Of a DNA stretch of 64,000 nucleotides, positions 50,499-61,560 are shown piece by piece. The position numbers were made by a program, and so were the translations under genes. The DNA comes from Alphaproteobacteria bacterium (GTDB taxonomy: Bacteria; Pseudomonadota; Alphaproteobacteria; MPNO01; UBA830): assembly GCA_964291215.2 (NCBI GenBank), contig OZ219791.1, positions 2,080,001 to 2,144,000 of the forward strand, read 5' to 3'. Numbering within the stretch: position 1 is the stretch's first letter; each line of letters starts with the position of its first letter. Below the pieces are notes generated by a model that was not told where the DNA came from, ran no database searches, and was given only the letters and a program-made list of their open reading frames with translations.

Positions 50499-51236
50499 TC
50501 AGGACACCCCGTGCCTGGACGGTTCCATGTCCGTGGCCGGTTCCGTCACCGGCAGTCCGAGCGCGGTATCGACATCCCGGCAGAGGCGGATCATCTCGTC
50601 CTCGAGGCGCCGCCGCAGGCGGTCGAGTTCCTCGCGCCCGGCGTCCGTCGGAACCTCGATTGGGTTTCCGATCCGCAACATGCCGCGTGAAAGCGGCAGC
50701 GGCAGTGGCAGCAGGAAACGGTCCCATGTCTTGAGTATCCGGCATGGCTTCAGGCCGCCGGCGACCGGCAGCAGCGGAATGCCCGAGAGCTTGGCCGCGA
50801 CCACGGCGCCTGGGGCGGCGCGCATGCGCGGTCCGCGCGGCCCGTCGGGAGTGAATATGACGCTCTCGCCGCGCCTGAGCAGGCGTACCGTGCCGATAAG
50901 CGCGCCAGCCCCGCCGCGGCCGGTCGATCCGGCAATCGAAGCTATGCCCAGATAGCGCAGCATGCGTGCGATCAGCATGCCGTCGCGGTGACGCGATGTC
51001 ACGGCGGTGATCGGGGCTGCGCGAAGCCCGAAGGCCAGCTTGAGCGCGACCAGCATGCGTCCGTGCCAGAAGCAGATGATCGCAGGCCGGCCGGTGGCCG
51101 CCAGTTCGGCAAGCTGATTCGGATCGTCGATCCGCCATCGGCTCCAGGCCCAGACGATGCGGACATAGCGCGCCGCGAAGCGGCCCGCGAGGTCGACGAC
51201 AACCGGGTGCCGCAGGAACTGTTTGGTCGCGGCCAT
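50499..51236 (-). CDS. DUF374 lysophospholipid acyltransferase family protein
   Basis: FWHGR, SRHRDG, GSTGRGG, TPDGPRGP, WDRFLLPLP. Confidence 0.9.
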   Translation of the reverse strand: MAATKQFLRHPVVVDLAGRFAARYVRIVWAWSRWRIDDPNQLAELAATGRPAIICFWHGRMLVALKLAFGLRAAPITAVTSRHRDGMLIARMLRYLGIASIAGSTGRGGAGALIGTVRLLRRGESVIFTPDGPRGPRMRAAPGAVVAAKLSGIPLLPVAGGLKPCRILKTWDRFLLPLPLPLSRGMLRIGNPIEVPTDAGREELDRLRRRLEDEMIRLCRDVDTALGLPVTEPATDMEPSRHGVS

Positions 51237-51240
51237 GGCG

Positions 51241-53067
51241 TCAGGCGAGCATGCCGACCGGCATGTCCGGCTCTTTCTCGGTGCTGAACTGCAGGGCATG
51301 CAGGCGGGCGAAGGCGCCGCCGCGGGCCAGCAGTTCGCGGTAGCCGCCGGTCTCCACGATCCTGCCGCCGGCCATCACGACAATCAGGTCGGCATCGATG
51401 ACTGTCGACAGGCGATGGGCGACCACGACTGTCGTTCGGCCGGCTTTCAGCCGTGCGATCGCGGTCTGGACAAGCCGTTCGGTTTGCGTGTCGAGCGCAG
51501 AGGTTGCTTCGTCGAGAAGCAGAATGGGAGCATCCTTGATGATCGCGCGGGCGATCGCGATCCGCTGGCGCTGTCCGCCGGACAACTTGACGCCGTCCCC
51601 TCCGACCTGGGTTTCGTAGCCCTCTGGCAGCGCCTCGATGAATTCGCTGGCGCCGGCGTCCCTGGCTGCGGCGGCGACGGCGTCCTCGCCGACGCCGGGT
51701 TTGCCATAGGCGATGTTGGCGCGGATGGTGTCGTCGAACAGCGATATCTCCTGGCTGACGAGGGCGATGGCGCTGCGCAGGCTGTCGAGAGTCAGGTCGC
51801 GAACGTCATGCCCGTCGATCCGTAGGGCACCATCCTCGACATCGAAGAACCGGGGGATGAGGTTGAGCATCGTCGTCTTGCCGGCTCCCGAGGACCCCAC
51901 CAGCGCGACCGTCTTTCCCGCCGGGATCTTGAGGTCGACGCCGTCAAGCGCGGTGACGCCGTCGCCGTAGCCGAATCGGACGCCGTCGAAGCGGATATTG
52001 CCGGCAAGGCGCGGCACGGATCGGGCGCCGGGACGGTCCGCAATCGATGGCCGGAGATCCTGGAGTTGAAAGATGCGCTGGGCGGCAGCGAGCCCCTGCT
52101 GCAGGTTTGCATGCAGGGTCGCGATGCTCTTCATGGGCTTGTAGGCGGCGAGCACGGCCGCCATGAACGAGGCGAGCACGCCGGCCGTCAACGTTTCCTC
52201 AATGACCAGGATGCCGCCGAAAAAGGCCGTAAGCGCAAGTGCGATGCCGCCCAGCATCTCCATCAGCGGCCGGCTCAGCGCGTTGACGCGCGCCGACCTG
52301 CGCCAGAGCTGGAATATCGTCTCGAGGATCATCCTGGCGCGGTCGGTCTCCCTGGCTTCCATCGTATAGGCCTTGACATGTCGGATGCCCCTGAAGGTCT
52401 CGTCGAGCATCGTCGTCAGATCACCGGTTTCGACCTGGGTGCGGCGAGAGAACTTGCGCATTCGCCGGCCGATTGCCCGTATCGGATAGAGGGCCAGCGG
52501 GAACGTGACCACGGTCACGAGCGCGAGCTGCCAGCTGTTGAAGAACATGACCGCCGCCAGGAAGACGACGGTCAGCGAGTCCTTGACCAGGCCGGTCAGC
52601 GCCCGTGCGATGGAGGAGCGCAGGAGCGCGGCGTCGTTGACGAAGCGCGAGATCAGCTGGCCGACGGCGTTGTCGTGAAAAAAACGAAGATCGGCGCAGA
52701 TGATGCGCTCATACATCGAGTGTTGCAGGTTGGCGACCATGCGATGGCCGATCACGTCCATGAGAACCGACTCGGCATAGCTGGCGGTGCCGGTAACCAG
52801 GGCAAGGGCGATGATCGCGCCCGGGATGAGGTAGAGCATCTCCCGGTCCCGGTCGATCAGCACATCGTCGATGACCGGGCCGATCAGCAGGACCATGCCG
52901 GCTGCTGCCGCGGCGACCACGACCATGCAGGCAACGGCAGCGGCGATGCGGCCCGCTTGGGGACGGATCTGCTCGCGGATCAGGCGCCGGACAAGGGCTC
53001 TTGAATCAGCGCTCGCCGCGTCTTCCAGTGTCTGGCTTGCCGTGGGTGCCGATGCGCTGTGGGTCAA
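51241..53067 (-). CDS. msbA: Lipid A export ABC transporter
   Basis: TM domain plus GSSGAGKT, LSGGQRQR, LLLDEATSALD; operon context. Confidence 0.88.
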   Translation of the reverse strand: MTHSASAPTASQTLEDAASADSRALVRRLIREQIRPQAGRIAAAVACMVVVAAAAAGMVLLIGPVIDDVLIDRDREMLYLIPGAIIALALVTGTASYAESVLMDVIGHRMVANLQHSMYERIICADLRFFHDNAVGQLISRFVNDAALLRSSIARALTGLVKDSLTVVFLAAVMFFNSWQLALVTVVTFPLALYPIRAIGRRMRKFSRRTQVETGDLTTMLDETFRGIRHVKAYTMEARETDRARMILETIFQLWRRSARVNALSRPLMEMLGGIALALTAFFGGILVIEETLTAGVLASFMAAVLAAYKPMKSIATLHANLQQGLAAAQRIFQLQDLRPSIADRPGARSVPRLAGNIRFDGVRFGYGDGVTALDGVDLKIPAGKTVALVGSSGAGKTTMLNLIPRFFDVEDGALRIDGHDVRDLTLDSLRSAIALVSQEISLFDDTIRANIAYGKPGVGEDAVAAAARDAGASEFIEALPEGYETQVGGDGVKLSGGQRQRIAIARAIIKDAPILLLDEATSALDTQTERLVQTAIARLKAGRTTVVVAHRLSTVIDADLIVVMAGGRIVETGGYRELLARGGAFARLHALQFSTEKEPDMPVGMLA

Positions 53068-53262
53068 CTATCCGTGTCCTGTGTCCCGGTTTCCGGCTGC
53101 GCACCTCTCTGCCGGCTGAGACGTCTCGGCGGCGCCCCGCCCGCCATGCCCCGCGGCTCCGGAACCGGCTGCTGCGTCGCTTCGGTCAGCATAGCACGAT
53201 CCACCGCGCTTCGTCAGCCCTGGAGCGTTCGCAGCGGCGTCAGTCCGCGGGGCACGGACGGT

Positions 53263-54600
53263 TCAAACGCCGGCGACGGTCATGTCATCGATGCGAATCG
53301 TGGGTGCATTCGTGCCGAAGCGGAAGACTAGGTCGTTCGCGGGCACCAGCCTTGCAAACATGTCCTTCAGGTTTCCAGCGATCGTCAACTCGCTGACCGG
53401 ATGCGTGATTTCGCCGTTCTCGATCCAGAATCCGCCGGCGCCGCGGCTGTAGTCGCCGGTCACGATGTTAACTCCCATACCGATCAGTTCGGTGACATAG
53501 AACCCCTGATTGATGTCGGCAATGAGATCTTCCGGGCTCTGCGTTCCGTTCTCCATGTAGAGGTTTGTCGTCGCCGGCGAGGGCGGCGACCCGAGGCCCC
53601 GCGCCGCGTGCCCGGTGCTCTGGAGTTCCAGCTGGCGGGCCGAGGCGAGGTCAAGAACCCAGCTCGTGAGAACGCCCCTGTCGGCGAGGGCGCGGCGGGT
53701 GCCGGGCAGTCCCTCGCCGTCGAAGGGTTTTGATCCGAGACCGCGCATGCGGTGGGGATCATCGACGATCGTCACACCCTCGGCGAAAACCTTTTCGCTC
53801 ATCGCGTTGCGCAGGAAGGACGTGCCGCGGCGGATGGCTATACCGTTGATGCCCTGTGCGAAATGGCGGACAAGGCCGCCGGAGACGCGCGGGTCGTAAA
53901 CGACCGGCACCTGCTGCGTGTTGACCTTTTTCGCGCCGAGCCGCCGGACCGCACGTTCTCCGGCATTGCGGCCGAGCGCCGCGGGGTCCTCTAGATCCGC
54001 GTAGTGGACCGCGCTGGCGAAATCGTAGTCGCGTTCCATGCCGAGGCCTTCTCCGGCGAGGACCGATACCGACAGGCTGTGGCTTGACGTCGCGTAGGAT
54101 CGCGCCAGGCCGTTGGTTGCCGCCAGCGCGACCTCGGAACGGATCCAGCCGGTCTCCGACCCCTCGGAGTTGGTGACACCGGCAACGGCTCGGGCCTCGT
54201 CCTCGGCCGCGGCGGCATTGTCCTTGAGCGTTTCCGCGGTCGGTTCGCTGTCGTCGCAGATGTCGATCTCGGGGGGCTCCGTTACGAGCTGCTCCGGATT
54301 CGCGAGGCCGCAATAGGGGTCCTCCGGCGCGGCTCGCGCCATGGCCACCACGCGTTCGACAACGCTCGCCAGGGTCTCCGGTGCGAGATCCGTCGACGAC
54401 ACCGTTGCTTGGCGCCGTCCGATCAGGACCCGCAGCCCGAGCGCGCAGCTCTCCGAACGCTCGAGATTCTCGAGCCTGCCCATTCTCCAGGCCACCGATA
54501 CCGACGTCGAATTGAAGGCAACAGCGTCAGCGGCGTCGGCGCCCGCCTTCCTGGCGTCGTCGAGGAGGCCGCCAAGCAGCGGCACGAGAGAGGGGGTCAT
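53263..54600 (-). CDS. pmbA: PmbA/TldE metalloprotease family protein
   Basis: GMERDY, PFDGEG, TGDYSRGAGGFWIENG, TIAGNLKDMF; GGAGG RBS; ATGA overlap with ubiD. Confidence 0.92.
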   Translation of the reverse strand: MTPSLVPLLGGLLDDARKAGADAADAVAFNSTSVSVAWRMGRLENLERSESCALGLRVLIGRRQATVSSTDLAPETLASVVERVVAMARAAPEDPYCGLANPEQLVTEPPEIDICDDSEPTAETLKDNAAAAEDEARAVAGVTNSEGSETGWIRSEVALAATNGLARSYATSSHSLSVSVLAGEGLGMERDYDFASAVHYADLEDPAALGRNAGERAVRRLGAKKVNTQQVPVVYDPRVSGGLVRHFAQGINGIAIRRGTSFLRNAMSEKVFAEGVTIVDDPHRMRGLGSKPFDGEGLPGTRRALADRGVLTSWVLDLASARQLELQSTGHAARGLGSPPSPATTNLYMENGTQSPEDLIADINQGFYVTELIGMGVNIVTGDYSRGAGGFWIENGEITHPVSELTIAGNLKDMFARLVPANDLVFRFGTNAPTIRIDDMTVAGV

Positions 54601-56114
54601 GTTCTGTCCTCCGGAATTGTCGTCCATATGGGCGTCCCCGTTCCCGGCAGGCCGTACTCCTTCCACCGGTGCGAGACTTCGCTGACGATATCCTTGGACA
54701 TGCGAATGCGTCGTCCCCACGGCCGCGTCGTTTCGGGTGGAACCTTGGCGGTGGCGTCGATGCCCATCTTGGCGCCCAGCCCTTCGACCGGCGAAGCGAA
54801 GTCGAGATAGTCGACCGGGGTATTTTCGATCACGCTGACGTCCCGTCCGGCGTCGACGTTGGTCGATATGGCCCACACGATGTCGGACCAGTTCCGCGGG
54901 TTGATGTCGTGATCGACGACGATCACGAACTTCGTGTACATGAACTGCCTGAGAAACGACCATATGCCCATCATGACGCGCCTGCCATGGCCGGGATATT
55001 GCTTGCGGATGGCAACGACGGCGACGCGATAGGAACAGGCCTCGGGCGGCAGCCAGAAATCGATGATCTCGGGAAACTGTCGGGTCAGGAGCGGCACGAA
55101 CACCTCGTTCAGGGCCTGGCCGAGCACCGAGGGCTCGTCCGGGGGGCGGCCGGTGAAGGTCGAAAGGTAGATGGCGTCCCGGCGCATGGTGATTGCCGAC
55201 ACCCGAAACAGCGGAAATGGCTGGACGGCATTGTAGTACCCGGTATGGTCGCCGTACGGACCTTCGGGCGCCGTTTCGTCGAGCGCGACATGGCCCTCGA
55301 TCACGATCTCGGCCTCTGCGGGCACCTGCAGCGGTACGGTCTTGCAGTCGACCAGAGTAAGATTCTCGCGGCGCAGCAGCCCTGCGAAGCGGTATTCGGA
55401 CATGTTCTCCGGTACCGGAGCGACGGCGGCAATGATGGTTGCCGGATCGGCGCCGATCACTGCGGCGGCCGGCATGGTGCTTTGTCCCCCGAGGGCGGCC
55501 TCATCGGCATGCCGGGCGCCGCCGCGGTGGGCGAGCCAGCGCATTAGCGTCGTGTCGCGGCCGGTTACCTGCATCCGGTATATGCCGATGTTCTGGGCAT
55601 CGCCGTCACCGCGCGTGACCACCAGCGGCCAGGTGAGGAGCGGTGCCGGCTCCCCGGGCCAGCAGGTCTGGATCGGCAGATCGGCAAGGGAGATTTCGTC
55701 GCCTTCGCGAACGATTTCCTGGCAGGGTGCGCGGGTCGTTGTGCGTGGCGCCATTGCCAGCGCTGTCTTGAGGAACGGCAGCATGCCGACGGCGTCCCGC
55801 CAGCCGCCGGGCGGTTCGGGCTGGCGCAGAAAGGCGAGGGTTTCGCCGAGTTCCCTGAGCCCGTCAGGGGCGGTGTTCATGCCGCGTGCGACCCGTTCTA
55901 TGGTCCCGAACAGGTTGGCGAGCACGGGCAGCGGCGATCGGCTTCCGTCGGCGCGAATCGGGTGTTCGAAGAGCACCGCAGGACCCTTTTCAGCAAGCAG
56001 GCGGGTCTGGATCTCGGTCATCTCGAGAACGGTCGACACCGGAGCGGTGACGCGGACGAGTTGTCCGTCTCGTTCCAGTTGATCGATGAATTCCCGGAGG
56101 TTGGCGTAGGCCAT
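54597..56114 (-). CDS. ubiD: UbiD family prenylated-FMN decarboxylase
   Basis: NIGIYRMQ, MRWLAHRGGA, EGPYGDHTGYY, GRPPDEP, DYLDFASP, KMGIDAT. Confidence 0.95.
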   Translation of the reverse strand: MAYANLREFIDQLERDGQLVRVTAPVSTVLEMTEIQTRLLAEKGPAVLFEHPIRADGSRSPLPVLANLFGTIERVARGMNTAPDGLRELGETLAFLRQPEPPGGWRDAVGMLPFLKTALAMAPRTTTRAPCQEIVREGDEISLADLPIQTCWPGEPAPLLTWPLVVTRGDGDAQNIGIYRMQVTGRDTTLMRWLAHRGGARHADEAALGGQSTMPAAAVIGADPATIIAAVAPVPENMSEYRFAGLLRRENLTLVDCKTVPLQVPAEAEIVIEGHVALDETAPEGPYGDHTGYYNAVQPFPLFRVSAITMRRDAIYLSTFTGRPPDEPSVLGQALNEVFVPLLTRQFPEIIDFWLPPEACSYRVAVVAIRKQYPGHGRRVMMGIWSFLRQFMYTKFVIVVDHDINPRNWSDIVWAISTNVDAGRDVSVIENTPVDYLDFASPVEGLGAKMGIDATAKVPPETTRPWGRRIRMSKDIVSEVSHRWKEYGLPGTGTPIWTTIPEDRT

Positions 56115-56325
56115 GGCGGCGTGGTTTTGCACCACGGTTCGATTCCGGTCAAGCAAGTACGGAGCGCGGCAATGCGCTGTTTTTTTGTCTGGGCGGGGTC
56201 TCTTGCGTCCATGCCGGTTGTTTCGGGAGCGGGTTCCTGGGGGTTGATCGGGGCTTTCGATACGCCGCGGGGCCAAGTGCCGCGGACGCTGTCGTCCCCC
56301 GCCCTAGAGTTTTTTGAGACACCGC

Positions 56326-56673
56326 TTAAGCTGATCCTAGGGGGTGATCGGATCCCCGCGGTCCGCCGCAAACGGCAAGCGGCCTGCTTGGTTGACTGCG
56401 GCCGTCTGCTATGATGCGACGGATCTTGGCCTTGCTGCGGATTCCAGGAACAAGTCGGATGTTCTGGCGATCCCTGTGTTCAACAGAGACGTGAAAACGT
56501 TCGACCAGATGGCCTTGGCTCTTCACTACCACATGTTCCAACTCGTGATTGTCGCAAACAGCGGGCAGTACGGCGGGAGCAACGCCTATTGGCCGCACAG
56601 CGACGCTCATGTCTGGCATGTTTTCCATGTTTACGGCCAGCCCCAGGCTTCAATCACATTTCTTGAAAACGAC
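56326..56673 (+). pseudogene. C-terminal nitrilase domain of an RT-nitrilase (DRT1/UG1-type) defence protein, fragment
   Basis: AVCYDATDL.LAAD, NRDVKTFDQMALALHYHMFQ.V..NSGQYGGS; cut by an IS66 end at 56674; recognised from memory of the family. Confidence 0.65.
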
Positions 56674-56690
56674 GTAACTGCTCACCCCCC
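56674..56690 (+). repeat. IS66 left terminal repeat stub
   Basis: GTAACTGCTCACCCCC identical to the reverse complement of the end at 60238. Confidence 0.75.
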
Positions 56691-57109
56691 CCCCCTTCAA
56701 TCTGACACTATCGAGTTCATTGATTTCTGCATATCGAGTTTCCGCATCGCTCGGTGATATTCGTTGAAATTGAGGAGGATCTTGTAACCCTGCCAGAGTT
56801 TCTCGGTTCCCGGCAGGGGTTGGCGTTTGCCGGGGATGAAGCCTGCCACACGTGCGACCTCGATGGCGAAGACTGGTCGGTTTGGGGTCGAGAGGCCCAC
56901 GCGGTTTGTACTGTTTGTAGATCTTGTAGTTGTTCAGGACCGTGATCTCATCGCGGTGGACGATGCGGCTGGCCGGCGTGCGAGACGCTCGACGGTCATG
57001 ACGCGGCATGCGGTGATGGCGTCGAAGGCCGGACACTTCCTCAGGTCGTCGGCCTGGCCGGTCCTCGATCCGTGTGCCGACCTTCAGGGCCTTGAAGTAT
57101 TCTTCAATC

Positions 57110-60100
57110 GTATCTACTCACCCCTAGTTGGGTTCTGATTGGTCGTAGTGCTCGTTGATGATGTCTGCGGCTTTTCCGTCGAGGGCGATCTGGGTGGCGA
57201 CGAGTGGGTTGTAGCCGAGTGCGGCCATGGAGGTGAGGTAGCTTGAGCTCCGGCACCATGCTTTTGCGTGGAGCGGAAGCATCCGGACACCTTGAGCTTT
57301 GCCATCCTGATCTTCTGTTCTCCGGCATTGTTGGTGAAGCTGACGTTGGGTGCGCCAGGCTAACTGGTGGAATGTTGCCGGGTGCAAGTCCCGAGAGAGG
57401 CTAACCACCACTTTCTCCGTGAACCATGCGTCGTGAGGCGTCAGGCGAAGCGTTGGGGAGCGGCAGGCCGGGCTATTGAGCCACGAGATGCTTTGAAACC
57501 GGAGTGCCGAGGTCGTGGCCGAAGGCAACACCCCGCGAGCCGCGTTGGTGAGGCGAGCGGGGGCTCCGCGGGGTCCGAGAACCATGGCCGAAGCAGGGAC
57601 CTGGGAGGTCTTGCCCCTCTGTCGTGGAGGGGCCGCAGAGGAAAGGAACTATTCCGTAAACCGATGATGAACGAGAAGTCAGATTCGGCCATAGTACCGC
57701 TGAAGGCAGCGAACAAAGGTTCTCCGGAGCCTGCGGAGTTGCTGGAGGGAAGGGCAATGCGATTGGCCCGCGCCGCGCGCAGAAGCGGGGGTCACAGGCG
57801 GCAGGTAGCGAAGAGGAACCCGGAAGAGCGTCTTTACTCCACCACGTGATGTCCTGCACGACGCGTTCCATTCCTTGAGGAAGGACGCGGCGGCGGGGCG
57901 TTGTGTGGCAAGCGTACGCGGAAGGTGTGGAACTGGTTGACCTACACGACCGTGTGCACAGGGGTGCGTACCGAGCGCCTCCAGGGTCTACATTCCCAAG
58001 GAGGATGGAGGGCAACGACCGCTTGGCATTGCCTCGGACAAGATTCTTCAGCGGGCAGTGTGATTCTGGTGCCGCTCTACGAAACGGAGTTCCTCGGTTT
58101 CAGCTACGGTTTCCGGCCGGGGCGCATCACGCGCTCGACGCCGTCACGGTGGAACGGCGGAAGGTCAACTGGATCGTTGACGCCCGTGGGTTCTTCGACA
58201 ATCTCGACCGCGACCATCTGATTGCGATGCTCGAGAAACGGATCGGGGGGTCTGATCATCAAGTGGCTGAACGCCGGCGTCATGGAAGGGACCGACTGGC
58301 AAGGGAACACCGCAGGGGGCGATTGTATCGCCCTGCCTCGCGAACGTTTACCTGCACTACGTGCGACTGGTTCCAGAACCACTGGCGCAAGCGGATGGCT
58401 GGAGGCGACACGATCATTATGCGGACGACTTCGTGTGCGGCTTTCAGCATCTGGGCGATGCGCAGCGCTTTCTCCGGGACCTTGGGGAGAGGCTGGCCCA
58501 CTTGAACTGCACCCGGAAAATCATCGAGTTCGGTCGGTTTGCCAGAGCGAACCGCCGGAAGCGTGGGCAAGACGTTCGACTTCCTCGGCATGACGCACTT
58601 CTGCGAACAGACGAGGAAAGGCAGGTTCAGGGTCGGTCGCAAACCGTCTCGCAAACGGGCACCCTGCGGCGGATCAAGGGGGCCTTGCGCATGCGATGGC
58701 ACGACAACCGGCACGAAACGGCCAAGTGGTGAGTTATCAACGGCTGCTACTACGCCGTCCCGGGAAGCAGTCAATCCCTGCAGGGGTTCATACACCAATG
58801 CAAACGGCTGCGTGCCCTTCGGCGACGCTCCCAAAAGGACTTCACCGGGGACATAGACACCCTTGCCGCCGCCCACTGAGCCAGCATCCGCCACCCGTGG
58901 CCAAACCAGCGCCTTGTCGTCAGGGGAGGAGCCGGATGCGAACAGCGCATGTCCGGTTCTGTGCAGGGGGACCGGGGCAACCCGGTTCCCTACCGCAATG
59001 GTTGTCTGTGAAGCGCAGGTTTTCGTGTTTCACGAGACGTTCGTGCAGGTTGTGCGCGTTTGCTATGCGTTTTCCTTTCGGCGGGATGTCGGGCAGTTCC
59101 CTGGCGCCCTGATGGTGCGGTAGCGCTTGCGCCCGGCGTCGTTCAGGGTCTTGGATGCGCTCTTGTTGACCTTGTGGCAGACCTCGCGGAGCAGACTCTT
59201 CATCAGTCGCGCGGTAGCCTCGACGACAAAGGTCAGTTCGCGCAGCAGGTGGCTGCCGCACAGCTGGTGGCTACACTGGCCCATGTACGAGGCCCAGGAC
59301 GCCCTTGTAGCACGGGCAGATCTCTTGCCCGCGCTTGCGGTGCGGGAACTTGCACGTCCCGACGACATGGAGCCACTTGCTGTTGATCCGAAATCGTCGA
59401 CATCGGGCGTTGCAGGAGGTGCGCCACGGCGGCCTCCTCCCATGACGCATCGTGAAAGCATAGCCGAGGCCTCGGAGAGCTTGATGCCGGAGATCGCCTG
59501 CACGAACGCGACGGCGCAGGGGCAGCATTTGGGCGACCAGCAGGTTGATGACGAGGGCCTGAATGCCGATGCCGTACTGCACGGGATGTTGTCGGGGAAC
59601 CGGCCCCGGGCCTTGCACTTCGGGCATTCCTTGATCTCGGCGCGGCGCTCGACGACCTCGAACACGATGTCATGCGGCGCTCCCGATCGACGGGGCCGTC
59701 AGCGCCGCAGGCGTCGCAGGCCGCGACCGTCTCCTCGACGATGATCTTGCGCAGGTTGTCGCCCATCTGCCGGTTCGGCTTCGGGCCGTTGCTTCCGGCA
59801 CGCTCTTGTCCGTCTGTGACGGCGGCAGACCGGAGTTCCGGCTCGTGCGTAGTCTTCTCCAGAAGGACGACGATGATGATGTCGAGCAGGATGACGAGGA
59901 CGCGGATCACGGCCTCTTCCGCCACCTTGCCGGCCGCACGCAGCGCCTTGGCCGCTTCGAACTCCTCGCGCGCCGCCCGTCGCCATCACCCGGCCTTGCG
60001 CTTCATCAGCGCGCCGCCTCCGAGATGCGTTTCCACATACAGATCATGCGGGGGCTGGAGCCCCGGAAGCAGCTGGCACAGCCCGCTCGTCGCCTTCGAT

Positions 60101-60238
60101 CCAAAGTAGCCCACTGGCGGTCCTCGTCGTTCTCAATGACCACCACTAAGCGAATCGGCCTGCAATGTCAAATCTCCACGAAAACCCGTTCGTTGCTCTA
60201 CCCCGACATCAAGCCGGAACCAGGGGGTGAGCAGTTAC
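57110..60238 (-). mobile_element. IS66-family element (tnpC only, decayed) carrying a group II intron
   Basis: IRs GTATCTACTCACCCC / GTAACTGCTCACCCC; 8-bp TSD CTTCAATC at 57102-57109 and 60239-60246; HQLCGSHLLREL, FTNNAGE, KVSGCFRS. Confidence 0.92.
57350..58999 (+). mobile_element. ltrA: Group II intron C with decayed reverse transcriptase/maturase
   Basis: 5' GTGCGCCAGG, 3' CCCTACCGCAAT; FLGFSYGFRPGR, GFFDNL, YADDF, FDFLG, HPWP in shifting frames; removing it restores IS66 codons TDNPNV. Confidence 0.92.
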
Positions 60239-61560
60239 CTTCAATCAACCATCGCCTTTCGCAGAAGGAGACGGTGTCGAGGGCAGCGGTGACGTCGCCT
60301 TCGGTGGTGAGCAGCATCCGGTCAAGGGGATCTGCCGGTGGGCCCGTGACGTGTACGGCCATCATGGAGAGCGGCGGCGTTCCCCGGGGCTTCCGGTCCG
60401 GTGGCGCAAGGTCGACCCTTGCCGTGCGGACCTCAAGGCCCTTGCGCTCCTTGCGGCCCTTCGCAGGCTGCGATGTCGATCGGCCTCGCGATGCACGGCT
60501 CATCGGCCATGTGGTCCCGAAGGTCCCGGTGCGTGCCCGTTGCGGTGACCACGCGGCGGCATGTCGAGCGCCTGACGCGCACCAGCTCCGGGCCAGCAGG
60601 TCCCGGATGTTGCCTTCACGGATCACCAGCACCCTTGTCGAGGGACAGGCCAGTTCCACGGCCCTGTCGTACCCGCCGGCTCTCCTTGTCGTCCTCCTCG
60701 TGGATCGAGACGGAAGTCGGCGTCGAGATGGAACAGGCCGAGGGCACAGCCGCCTTCGGTGAAGGCGACCCCGGCATGGGCCGCAATGCCAGGGGCACCC
60801 GAGCCGCCGATGTCGACAAGACCCGCCTCCAAGCCATTGCAATTCAGGAACGTCTTGTCCTGGATGGCAAGGACCCGGCGCTGGCAGCGTTCCACCATCG
60901 CTGCCCCTTGAGGATATGGTCCATCGTCACCTCGGGGTTCGACAACAGACGGCAGGCCGCCTTCTGCTCCGCCGGGGAAGATCACCGGCAGGATCTCTCT
61001 GGGACGATCGTTCCACGCCCATGGTGACAAGACGGTCGCGGATGAGCACGTCACCGTGGTTGCTGCGGCTGTACTCTCTCATCGCCCGGTTGTCATCATC
61101 AACAAGAGGTGCCCCATGACATGCTCCCGGCACGTCTTGCCAGGGGCTTCATCCACACCGCACGCCCTGGCCCCGGGAGGTCGACCCGAGGTCATCTTCT
61201 CACAACGCTCCCGGCCTGCCGCCCTGCAGCTCGTGCCGGTGTGTTCGGGACCCGCATAGGTGCAAGCCAGAACCGGCGTCACTTCTCGTGCCAGTCCGCA
61301 GCAAGCCCGACCCGACAGGATTGGGCCTGTGCAACCTCCCTCCATCAGCAGTCGGCAAGATCGAATGCAGCGTGGGAAAGTCCTGCCCATGAACTGCTAT
61401 CATGTTGATTCGCCGCGCAGCGTCGGCTACGAGAGAGTGCCGACATAGCATTCTGCGGGATAGTCAACCGCTCGGGCCGCGTCGGACAGGCCCAATGTGG
61501 CATTCATGGAGGCGACCGGGCAAACTGCGTCTCCGTGGGAAAGTAACGGTCAGGGACCGC

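Larger units (their letters stand above)
56694..61308 (-). mobile_element. DUF4338-IS4 (Tn5-like) element copy 2, interrupted by IS66 and 5'-truncated
   Basis: Right end CCTTCAATCTGACACTAT; 56700-57109 and 60239-61308 match 20490-22060. Confidence 0.85.

Noticed and set aside
57350-58999. Retron, DGR or CRISPR-associated RT interpretation of the YADD ORF
   Set aside because: The RT lies within GTGCG...AAT boundaries with DV/DVI; no TR/VR pair or msr-msd seen.
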